A stretch of 64,000 nt of DNA from Dimorphilus gyrociliatus (taxonomy: Eukaryota > Animalia > Annelida), in contig CAJFCJ010000052.1 of the NCBI GenBank assembly GCA_904063045.1, positions 28,110 through 92,109 on the forward strand, read 5' to 3'. The notes under the pieces were generated by a model. The model was given only the letters and a program-made list of their open reading frames with translations. It had not been told where the DNA came from and did not search any database. A program made the translations under genes and the position numbers. Numbering within the stretch: the first letter of the stretch is position 1; every line of letters starts with the position of its first letter. Below, in pieces: positions 26,517 through 38,490 of this stretch.

Positions 26517-28312
26517 GGATACTTCGTATAAAGTAAACTTCATAAAAATTGGAACACCTCGAATTTTGAATAGGCTAACATATTAAAAATGTTTTTCACT
26601 AAGAAAAAGATTTTTTTTTAATTTTTTCTGCATAAAATGTTAGATGAAGCTTAAATTTATATATAATTTTCTTTCAAATATAATTTAGATAAGATTTTAT
26701 ATCATTTTTTTGTTTATATTATGTTCTGTTTTAAAGCAAGAGCTTTAGGAATGGCCAAATTTTTTCAAAGATGAAAATGACCAAAAATATTTTGCTTATA
26801 ATATTCATAAATATTATCACTTTGTCAATTTTTTTTCAATATAACGTAAATATAACCCTTTTTTATAGAAATTTAGACCAAAAAAAATAATATTACAGGG
26901 AAAAAACAATTTTAACCATTAATTAAAAGTTGGTCTATCAAAATTTATGGTGTCCATTTTTTTTATGAAGTCTACTTTATTGCCTGATTAACCAATTTTT
27001 GGGTTAAATTCTTTTGAACAGCTCTGCCATAAGGATTTGGCCTGGTAGTGCTCAATGGATTGTGAACAAAACATTGTGTACCAGCAATGTTGTGTGTCAG
27101 TGAGTGTATGTCAGTGTGCGTGTGTGTGTCAGCAAGTGTGTGTCAGTGAATGCTATCATATCTGGTGGGTGACCTAAAGCTTCACTCCTAAAGTCGGTCT
27201 GACTTGATATCAAATCAGATCGCGAATGTGACAAAGTCAACAGATGAGTAGAATCAAGTGCACACTTAAATGACAAGAGTAACTGTGAAAGGTATATGAG
27301 GGAAAATGTGTGACAGTACAGTGTGAGAGCCAAACAAACGTTTAAAAATAAATTGTAACGAAATTATTATTAATTTCGTGATACAAGTAACCATAAATCT
27401 TGTAAAGATTGTATTAGTGTATTTGATCTAACGTGCCATCTGGAGACCAAATTATTCGTATTGTTATACTTTTATATCAAATGCCCAAAGTATTTTTAAC
27501 CGGAAACTATTAAAAACAAAGATCTAATAAGTGTATTATATTTATTTTTCACAGAAATATGATAAATAAATAAATTATTTGCAAGTTGGAAGCATCTCTT
27601 CCCAGTAGTTTAGTAATATAGTTGTATAGTAGGTAAATAATCTCTTAATAATTAGCGACCAATGGTACTTAAACTTTTAAATTTAGTTAATCTGTCTTTA
27701 ATTTGTATAATATTAACTTGAACATTTATTCAATTCATTTTAATTATTTTGTTAAAAATTTGTTAATGTCAGTCAAAATATGTAAAATTTGAATATGCTG
27801 AAGATAAAGATATAGATAGAAACATGTAATAGTTTTAAGAGTCTTCTAAGAGAGAGAGAAAAACAAGCAGATATTGTTTTTCAAACGAAAATCTGGATAT
27901 AAATTAAAAGTAAGTAGAGCAGATTTCTAATGGTATAAGATGTTTCTAATGTAAATGTTATAATTACTAGATGTTACATCCGACAAACGGAGTTTGTTAT
28001 TTCGGCTTTAATCCAGGTCAATATGTGCAACCTATTTAATTATTAAAATGAAATTGATGATTCATAATAATATTATCGGATGTTTGTACTTACTTAAGCA
28101 GTCTACAGTCAAATTTTAATATTATATTTAAAAAATTATGTAATATGTGTGATTTGATTTCTTATAAACGCATTTTTTCGTTCAATATTTTCACCTCTTT
28201 TGTTCAATAAAAATGAAAACTGAGATCAATTTTAAAAAGTTGTTCAATTTCAAATTACATTTTATGGTGTAATTGAAAAATTTGTTGTAAGAATTTCATT
28301 TGTTAAAGTTAT

Positions 28313-31300
28313 ATGCTACAGAGAGTGAGAATGTTGCTAGTGAAATTCGTTTCAATAATTCTAATAGAAAATATACTAGCTGGAGGTCTCTTCATTTTCT
28401 ATTTCTATACATTTTTTAAACATTTCTACTCTAGATTTCATTTTTAGATTCGCATGTTAGAACTCATAGCGGAGTAGACACGGACAATGGTCCCGACCCC
28501 TTTCTTATATCTCTTGCTACTGGGAATGATGCTAATTGTCAATTTCCTTTTCATGAAGGAAACAATCTCTATTTCGGTTGTCAGACAAGTGGTACTGCAC
28601 CTTGGTGTGGCGTAGTTGAAGATTTAGAAGACGACAACAAGTGGGGCTACTGTATATTGGAGGATTGTAAACTGACCGAAACTGCTGATGGATATGGTGG
28701 CAATAGTTTTTTGGACGATGACAATTATGCTTGTTATTATTGGGAATATGCAGGCTATCAAGCTAATCGATTTCCAGAAGACAATGTGAGAGACGCGTTA
28801 AATTATTGTAGAAACCCGGATGAATGGCCCTATCCGTGGTGTTATGAGGGTCCTGATTTCTATTGGTGGTACGGTTGTGGATCCAATATACCTTACTGTA
28901 CAGGTTTGAAATATACATGTCAAGATCATCTTCTTGCAACTTTACCAGATGGAGCGTTTACGGCTTCTACTTCAGCAGTGGAAGGAGGGACTACCTATTC
29001 ACCAAATTTTGCTAAGTTAAGTAAGGCATTTGCTTGGTGTGCAAATATATCAGATACAGACCAGTGGTTAGAAATAGATTTACTTGAAGACAAAGCCATT
29101 GTTGGTATTGCTGCAAAAGCACTTCCTGCATCATCTGACTATGTTACAAAATACAAATTACAATTTAGCTTTGACAAAGTGACATGGATAGACTCTAGTC
29201 AAGCTGACTTTACCGGCCCTTCTTCGTCGACCAAGTTCAAAGCACATCCACTGAACGAATTTGGCAGATATTTACGACTTATCCCTTTAGAATGGAGTAA
29301 TAGAATATGTATAAAGTTAGAAATTGGTGGTTGTTATTGTAAGTGTATAACTATTTTAAAATTGACCATTTTATGAAGAGAAATAATAGAAATAAAGCAT
29401 AATATATATGTTTTTTATTCATTTGTACAGATTCTGATCCATGTAGAGTTAATCCTTGTTTCAATAACGCAACCTGTTCTGGAGATGGATTAACTGGAGC
29501 ATTTGACTGCTTTTGTACACCAGATTTCACCGGTTCCCTGTGTACTATTCACACAGACTACTGTGCTAGTATTCCTTGTAAGAATGGTGGCAATTGCACG
29601 AATACAAGGCTTATCGGACTTGGCGTTGCCAAATATACTTGCGAATGTGATAGTCAAGGTATTTATACAGGAGAGTTCTGTGAAAATGGTGAATCTACAA
29701 CCTGTCTTCACTTGAAGTCTCTGGGATTTACTACGAATGCTTTATATAAGTTAACTTTGGTAGAAACTGCTGAACCCTGTCGTATGGAACAAGTACTTAG
29801 CGGTTTAGCTCAAAATGATAATATTACATCAGTATATACATTACAATTCACTAATGAAAAAGAATGTGGGGATCTTTGTTTGTCAACTGCAAATTGTACC
29901 TCCATTAGCTGGTATTCAGATACAAGAACATGCTTTTTTCATGACGTCATTAACGATATTATAGATTTCAATACTGGCTTGACCCTAAATCGAGAGTACT
30001 ATGTCAAAGTATGCGACACTGCCGGAGAAGTTTATTGTGAATTCGTTAATGAAAATGTGACTATTACTAAAATGATACCAAATATAGGAGTAGATCCTAT
30101 AGATGCTGGGAAAACAAATATTGAACCAACAGCAGGATATAAAAGAGCAATTCTATACACACCGTTTTCTAATCGTCAAATAGAAGCTCTAAAGAATTCT
30201 TCACATCTATGCAAACAATATTTTGAATTTAATTGTTATAGAGTTACTGCTAGAGATTGGTTTCTAAGTTTTTATGATTTATCTGTCCATAGATTGACAG
30301 CTCCATCGTTTCAAGGTGGATGTCCGCTTTGTATTCTCTCCGACAATTGTGATAGTGATGGCGAATGCAAATGTGATTCCAATGCAGGAACATGGTATAA
30401 AGATAGTAGAGAGTTTACAGACAAGACGCTCATACCACTTAGGGAAGTTAGAGGAGGAGATATGGGAAGCTCATCTGAGAAAGCTAATTATGTCGTTTCT
30501 GCGCTTACTTGTGAAAATAGTGTGTTAATTGCTGACATAAATGAATGTGCTTCAAATCCTTGTGTAAACGGAGATTGTGTTGATGAAAGTTATGCTTATA
30601 GATGTGTCTGTTTTGCTGGTTATGATGGGATGAATTGCGATAATGATATCGATGATTGTGCAAGTCAACCTTGTGTATTGAATAGATTTATATCATGTCA
30701 GGATGGAGTTAACGATTATACGTGTTCTTGCAATCCGGGATATACAGGAAAACAATGCGAAATTAGTAAATTGTTCATAAATTACCTCAATTATCGAACT
30801 AAAATCAATGTTAATTGTTAGATATAGATGACTGTGCATCAGATCCTTGCCTCAATGATGCATCCTGCATTGATTTGGTTAATACTTTTCAGTGTGAATG
30901 TACATCTGGATATTTTGGATCTCGTTGTCAAAGCGGTAAAAGTTATAAGTTATAATGTTGTTAGTTTAACTATTAATTTGTTCAGATTACAATGAATGCT
31001 TATCGAATCCGTGCGTAAATGCCATCAACTGTACTCACTATATTGGAGATTATAAGTGTTTTTGTGAAAGTGGTTGGACAGGAAAGAACTGTGATGAAGG
31101 CATCTATTTTCATTAAATATGAACAATTAATCAAATTACTTTTGCTACTACAGACTTTTCGGAATGTCAAAGTGATCCTTGCTTATATGGCGGTACATGC
31201 CAGGAATTTAATATTGACGATTATGTTTGTGCCTGTCCTCCAGGATTTCAGGGAAAGCGCTGTGAATTAGGTATAATTAAGCAATGATATACTAAAATAC

Positions 31301-33309
31301 TTTTTATACGGATTAAAGATATTCTATTTTCCTCTAGATCTTGATGATTGTGCTGGAAAACCCTGTAGAAATCATGGTGTATGCCTAGACGGAGCTAACT
31401 CATATACTTGCGAATGCGCAACAGGTTTTACAGGAAAAGATTGTGCAGAAAGTTTGTCTTTATTTAATTTTATGAAACATTGAGAAATAGCTGATTTAAA
31501 ATTAAAAAAACACCTTTTTCTTAAAGATATCGACGATTGCTTTAACGTAGAGTGCAAAAATGGAGGAGAATGTGTAGATGGTATCAATTCTTGGACTTGT
31601 GTATGCTTATCAGGTTATTCTGGAATAGTTTGTGAGAGAGGTATTTTCAAATTTTTCATAATAAGATATACATACACATAGACTGTATATATACTGTATG
31701 TACTTATATTTATGTATCTAAATGTAGAAATTAAAGAGTGTATAATCAATCCCTGTCTTAATGGTGGAGTGTGCACTGAGAAAGCACCTGGTAGTCGAGA
31801 CTGTTTATGCCCAAGTGGTTTTAAGGGTACTAGTTGTGAATTTGATAAAGATGAATGTGAAGACGAACCATGTTTGAATAGCGGAGACTGCGTAAACAAT
31901 ATAGGTAGTTATAAATGCCTGTGCAAGTTGCCCTTCACCGGATTTAAATGTGATTTAGGTAAGCGAGTTAAATAAAACGAAAAAGATTTTGTGAAGGTAT
32001 TGTTTAATTTAGTTATAAGTGATGGGCAGTGGAGTGGGTGGAACGGATGGTCACCTTGTTCAGTTCCTTGTGGTACAGGAGTAAAAACGAGATCACGTTT
32101 ATGCAATAATCCTTTACCATTGAATGGAGGTAAGGCTTGTGAGGGTAATGTGAACGAAGTTCAATTATGTGAGGAGGAAGCTTGTTCAGTTAGAGATGGT
32201 AACTGGGGATTGTGGTCAGCTTGGTCTCCATGCAGTTCAACATGTAGCAAGGGTCTTAGAACAAAAACTAGAAAGTGCGATAATCCAACGCCTATAAATG
32301 GTAAAGATTGCGAAGGAGCTAACGAAATAGTCGAGGTGTGTAAAGATAGAGAATGTGGCGAAGCTGTAAACGGAAATTGGGGTCGATGGAGCGCTTGGTC
32401 TACCTGTGACAAGACATGTGGCCCTGGAATAAGAATTAAACAAAGACTATGCGACAGCCCACCTCCTCAATGGGGCGGAGGCGATTGCATAGGTAACGGC
32501 AATGTTATAGAAACGTGTCAAATTGAAAAATGCTCTTTAACAAAAACTTGCGGAGAATTTGGACTGTGGAGTGAATGTGATAAGGACTGTGGAATGGGAA
32601 TGCAAACAAGAGAGAGATTATGTACTCTTAAAGATGATTCTGTCAATAATGCTAATGGTTCTAGTACAACAAAGCGAGAATTTTTAAATTACGAGCACAA
32701 ATTTTGTTCAAATAGAAAATGTGAAGGTTTCTGTTTCATTTAATTCTTTTTATACTATATCTATTAAAAATGAATTTAATTATGCTTTTTACAGAAATGT
32801 ACTGCTCTATTTGTAAACAAACTTTTACAAATATTAATGATTTGTTCAAATGTAGAGGAGTACCAGTGGCTTGCAAAGCAACTGAAACTGCTTGTATATA
32901 TAGACTTGGAAAGAAAGATGGAGTATATAACTTTGAGAAAGGATGCGCTAAAAAAGCTGAATGTACGCAGAAACAGTCGGATTTATGTACACGTTTAAGC
33001 AAATATCTTGTTGATACAGTAAACAAGTAAGCTTTATATAAAATGACATTGTATGACATAAAATCTATTATTTTTATCTCTCCTAATAGCGATCAACCAG
33101 ACGTAACAAAAGAAGATATGGAACCTCACTCTGATACAGTAATCGAATTGTGGAATAGGTTAGAAGAAGAAAATTGTTACATGTGCTGTCCAGAATCATA
33201 CTGCAATGTAGCAATTTTACCTCCAGCAAATATGTTGGGATCAGAGGCGAATAGAAAACTACCTTCTAATCTTTTCTTTATAACATTTCTTTTTTTCTAT
33301 TTATATTAA
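28313..33309 (+). CDS. Secreted/GPI-anchored mosaic protein: SP, FN2, kringle, F5/8 type C, EGF x2, CASPR-type fibrinogen-like domain with nested PAN, EGF x9, TSP1 x4, Ly6/uPAR-like, GPI signal
   Basis: Signal exon 28313-28385 (MLLVKFVSIILIENILAG), 62-nt intron, exon from 28448. FN2 CQFPF...PWC...KWGYC; kringle NYCRNPD..PWCY; F5/8C AWCA...QWLEIDL...YVTKYKL...RYLRLIP. cbEGF DI(N/D)(E/D)C repeats; WSxWSxCSxxC TSP1s; CCPESYCN followed by a hydrophobic C-terminus. Confidence 0.88.
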
Positions 33310-34479
33310 GCTATACTCTGATTCTGTTTTTATTCTATTCGATATCCAACTAAAGTAATATACCTATAGTTTTGTAACAATGTATTTATTATGTCTCCTG
33401 GACGATATATTTAAAACACCTACAAATAGAAATTAATGAGAATATTTGTTTCATAAACCACTGATTCCTTGAATCATAGGAAATTATTATATTATGACCT
33501 AATACGAATAAAAAAGACTACCACTTTCGTAATGATAGTCTAAATGGAAAATTAGGATCTTGAAAATTATCCAAATCTAAAAATCGAACATTTGAATCGT
33601 ATTCTGAAGTGAAAACAGGTAAAGAAAAATGGAGGAAAGAGATGAAATAATTTAAGAGAAAGTATATCTCCCATATTTTTTATTCCCAACCTAAATCGGT
33701 TATAAGAGGTCTATGAGATCCAGAAAATTCTAATTGATGTATAGATTCTAAAGAAGATGAAAGAATTATTAAATATATGATTTTCATATTTTATTGCATA
33801 TATATATATATATATGTATATATGTAGTCGATAAGCATATCTCCTAAATTTGGCAGCGAGCCAAATTATTCGTTATACCAAGTTTACGTTCGCTATGTTA
33901 TAGTTAAAAATCAATTGTTTTTACACCCGCTTGTCATTTCTTTGTGTACGTGTGTTACTTATAATTACTGCTATATCACCAGTATAGACTTTAAAACCAA
34001 ACGCGCTGTACTGATAAGTTGTTGTAATAGCGACAACTTATGTCCGCAACCCGCTCAATGACTACATATAAACAGTCGCGATATTAAGTAATTATAACAA
34101 GAGTAAAAATGTCTAAAAATCGAAATATTTTGTTTTACAGACAAAGTGTATGGTTGTGAATAATTTTTTCTGTAGGATAGATGACTTGTGAAACATCATG
34201 CAAAATTTCAGATAAATATCTATATTTTAAGAATCACTTTTTCACTCTTTTTTACAATACTATGAATTTAGACAGCTATTAAGTAATTATAACAAATCAA
34301 TCGAGTTCGTGAAAAGTATTTATTTTAATTTATTTATGCATTTTCAGCTGGGTATACAATTTTATATGGCAAAATTATAAGTTTTAATATTTTGTATGCT
34401 TACCCCGTGCCTTTTTTATTGCATTTAGCCTTCTTTCGATAGAGGCATATAATGCTTGAATTTCGAAATTAGAAATTTT

Positions 34480-34810
34480 GAAGAATTCCTCCCTAAAAAT
34501 TTCTCAAAGCTCTTTTATATTTTTAGGTTGCCTAAGCATAGTTTTCTTCTTACAAATACCCCAAATGGGTTCAATAATATTGATATCTGGGCTATTTGGG
34601 GGCCAGTTTTGTAATAATTTCATTTCTTTTTTTATAAAGGGGTGCTAAATTAATAAGATATACTTTATTTTCATAACTTAACAACTGGACGGTAACTCTT
34701 ATTTCAGGTTGAAAGTTCTTAGCAGCTATTACTCTTAGAATATTAGAAGCATCTTCTTCATCTCTATCAACAGCTTGAGGATTAGCTAATGGTAAGAAGG
34801 CGTCGGCTTC
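34480..34810 (-). mobile_element. Tc1-like transposase fragment (second family)
   Basis: Reverse strand encodes NWPPNSPDINIIEPIWG at ~34550-34610. Confidence 0.7.
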
Positions 34811-35264
34811 TTTTAACTAAATGAAATAGAATTTCTCACTTTTCGACTATGACTTTATATTATGATATATAATATAATTTTAAGTTGAAATTATTAACCT
34901 TAACTCTTTCAAGATCGTTTGAATTCATTGGAGTATCATTAAAAAATAATTTTAACCAAAAAGCCCATTTACAATCAGCGGCAACAAACTATTTAATAAA
35001 AATTAATTTAATACAAAAAAAAGTCTTCCTGTCTTTTTGAAAAATTGAGGGAAAGAAGAGGTTGCCAAAAAAAAATAGAAATTAACAACTTAAAGAAAAA
35101 ACTATGTAACCCAAATGAGCCCTTTCTTTGTAAAACAGAAAATTGAATTAACAGGGAAAGAATTGATTTTAAAGCAATTTCGAGAAATTGTTGTTCAAAG
35201 CTGTGACGTTATTCCCTAGCAACCAGCTAAAAATATCCAAAAGATCCAAGTTGTTTTTTGTTAT

Positions 35265-35360
35265 TGTACTGCTCTTGCTTGGCAAATGTATACATTTGCA
35301 AGTTACAACAGCCCTGGTTTTACTCAAACCTTTAAACAAAGTGGTTAATTTAAATGCTTT
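35265..35360 (-). mobile_element. LTR 3'-end fragment
   Basis: Reverse complement reads TTTGTTTAAAGGTTTGAGTAAAACCAG...GCAAGAGCAGTACA. Confidence 0.75.
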
Positions 35361-35361
35361 T

Positions 35362-35484
35362 CAACAGCTCATTTGTACTTAGGAGGGTCTCCCCTAAGGG
35401 TTAGGGGTAGTGGAAAAGGTTAGGTACAGCTAAGATCTGGGTTAGGGTAAAAGCACTCATTTGTGGACGTTTTCTGTCGCATCC
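35362..35484 (-). mobile_element. Half copy of MITE family A
   Basis: Ends CTCATTTGTGGACGTTTTCTGTCGCATCC; TTAGGG motifs inside. Confidence 0.85.
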
Positions 35485-36224
35485 GTAAAAATGAAACAAA
35501 CTCTTGTAGCTTTTTATTCTCTTTCTATTAAATTGTTCAACAATTTCTTTCAATTCTATCCCATAATTCCTACTAATTAGTAATTGAACATCTATCATAT
35601 ACAGCATATTTAATCATATGTCAAACTTTTTCTATGGGTGACAGGTTAGGAGAATATATAGATTTTTGCTAAGATGAACAATATTCCATAAATAATTTAA
35701 ACAGTATAAATTTATAAAAGATGCTTCTGGAAAATGTGTATTAGTCATAGATTTATTCAATTCTACTTTATCAAAAATATAATCTAGAATATTCAAAATA
35801 AATTTGACCTCACTGTTTCAAAATCCTGCTTTTCAGAGAGGAGGTTCATTTGGGTTGCATAATTTTTTTCTTCCGTTTTTAAATTCTCTTCTTGGTGGGC
35901 AATCTCTTTACCATTTCTCTTTCGTTTTGAATCATAGAGATGATTTCGTCATAGGGAATCTCCCAGATTATAATTAAAAGGTATAAAAATGGTCAATTCT
36001 AACTCTCATACTGGCAGTTAGTCTTTTTTACCAAAAATCATTTATTAATGATTACTAATTGTGCTTATACACATTGTATTGACAGATTGTTAAAAAACGA
36101 AAAAAATATGCCTAAAAGGTGGGAGTTTCTACTTTCGTGTTATATCAAAATGGTGAAATTTTTTATCTAATATTTCTTTTATAGAAAAGCGAAAAAACAA
36201 ACAAGTTGACAACACCTTATCACT

Positions 36225-38213
36225 ATGATAGATGATCAGTATTTGTTTAAATTACAACAGACAACAAACCTCCAACTTCTAAAATCAGAAATTACTGTAA
36301 TATTAAAATAGATGAACAGCATTTTTCTCGAATAAGTAACTTTCTTTCTCTCCAGGAATGCATTCGTCAATTGACAATGTTTACTTTGTTTGATCAAGTA
36401 GAAAAAAATGTAAATTTCTTTAAGGTAACGCTAAAAAAATAAAAACACAGACATTTACTTATAAAGACTTCTTCCTCAAAGATATTTATTAAAGAAGTTA
36501 ATGGAATAGTAAACAGAACTCAACATGTGATATCCATCTTTCTTGGAGAGTGTGATAGGTTAAAAAATGAGGAAAGAAACTTTTTTGTAATATCAGTAAA
36601 TCATATAAATGCACTGGATAATGTGTAAGTCAATAATTGCCATTTAAAAAGTCTTGTACAATTTTTAGAATATGTTTTAATATATTCATAAATCCAGAAT
36701 GTCTGAATTCATTAAATCAATACAACACTTTGATATGATCATACAAGACATGACTGAAAATGCAAAAATCTTGAAGTATTCTGATACTCTGAATTGTAAA
36801 GAGTTTTTTATGGAAAAACAGACTTTAATGACTTTAAATGTCGAACTAAAAACAGCTAAAGATACCCTATTTGTTGCCTTGCAGAAGCTAATAAGCCAAT
36901 TTCTTTTTATCCTGTTACCAACAACTGAAACTATCAAATTCGAAAATAGAGCTACTACCACAAATAATCAGTTTGCTTTACGTTTAATGTGCAGTGACAC
37001 TTTGAATGTGACTTGTTCTACAGGAATTTTCCAAATAAACGTTATGGAGAAGAACCAAACATTGAACGAAGCAGAAGGGCAATGGGTTGAACTTTCCTTT
37101 GAACTTCACAAAAACACTCCAATAAAAAAAATCATTTCGAATGGAATGGTTAATTTTCAATTTGATTTGAGCTTGTGTAAAACATCTTCAGGTAAAGATA
37201 GGCATAAATCAGATAAGGATAGTTCAGTTGCATCATTCAGATATTATTTAAGTATTAAATTGGAAAAATTTGAGTGGAATAATCGGGAATTTTATTTGCA
37301 TATCAATACGAGAATGTTTGCAATCATATCACAAACATCGCAAATTTATCAAGGTAAAGCCAATATATGGTGGTTTAACTTCTTTAGAGAAGACACTGAG
37401 AAACCTTGGAATGAATTTAAGAAAGTTCTGTTGGAATATTACCATACTAATACTGGAAAACGTTTAACATCTCAGCAAATCAACTATTTGAGACACAGAT
37501 TCAGTAAGGGTTTAACATTTCACAAACTAAATGATCACTTTTTCTTTATCTTTACTAATGTTGGAAAATGACGACAGTATTATCTCTTTTCATGATTTCT
37601 TAGTGGTATAAACAGAATATTATTCTAAAAATTTCATTGCACTTACCATGCTTTTTTCTATATAAAATAGAAAAAATATCCAGAGAAGCCCATAAAAGGA
37701 GAAAAAGCTCAAAAAACAAATTTTGAAAGGTTTTTTTTCAATTATTCAATCAATTTTATTGCGTTTCTTAATTAGATGAAGGAAATGATTATAATGCAAA
37801 TCGTGTGGAGTATCGAGTTTTTCTCGGAGCAAAACGGTATAACAATTACACTAATATGATAGGATGATTGCTTACTCGTAATGTTTTAAATTTCCAGTAA
37901 TCAAGATAACTTCATCCCGGAATTTGATGGAAGGCAAAGCGTAATTGAGCCATGTACACCTGATGTAAAAAATAAACCTCTTTCTGTTGGGCAAAACTTA
38001 CTTTCGCCTACGCCTGCTGTCCAAAGCTCCCCTACCGCATTCTCTTTAGAAAATAGTTTTTCCCCACAACCCAATAGTAATTTGTTTACAAGTCCGATGT
38101 CAGATTGTAACGTTTTGAAAAGCTTGCGTCTCCAACAACATAGTTCGGATGTATTGGAAACTGATGATTCTTTTAAACAATTTGTTGACAGTTTTGATGT
38201 GTCTTTCGAATAA
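36225..38213 (+). CDS. STAT-like transcription factor (partial coiled coil, DNA-binding, linker) lacking SH2 and most of the N-terminal domain
   Basis: Phase-consistent exons 36225-36296, 36356-~36423, ~36466-36625, 36698-37503, 37776-37836 and 37898-38213. TRMFAIISQTSQIYQGKANIWWFN resembles STAT5 SLPVVVIVHGSQ...ATVLWDN. KPWNEFKKVL...KRLTSQQINYLRHRF resembles the linker VPW..L..AL...RGLT.ENL.FL..KL. S/P-rich acidic tail. Confidence 0.7.
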
Positions 38214-38394
38214 CCTTAATGATAAGGTAAACTATCACTCTGCAGATTTTTTATTTGATCCTATTAATTCAATACAAATTGATTTTTGTGTAACAAAAAC
38301 TACAAGTCATGCATACATGTTCCAATCTATAAAAATATGTTGCATTTTTAGTGTATGTGAGTGTCTCTTCAAGGCAAATTTAAAATAAACGATG

Positions 38395-38490
38395 GTCATT
38401 ATTTTACACCTTTTATATAGCCCTGATTTGACACCATCTGATAATTATCTTTTTGGAAGATTGAAAAGTCATATCAGAGGTATAAACTAT
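38395..38490 (+). mobile_element. Mariner transposase fragment
   Basis: LHLLYSPDLTPSDNYLFGRLKSHIRG matches the mariner YSPDLAPSDY motif. Confidence 0.8.

Noticed and set aside
29490-33059. Antisense and alternative-frame ORFs overlapping the mosaic gene (also 44183-45860, 48715, 53713, 62692, 63312)
   Set aside because: Shadow ORFs of real coding regions with no independent motifs.
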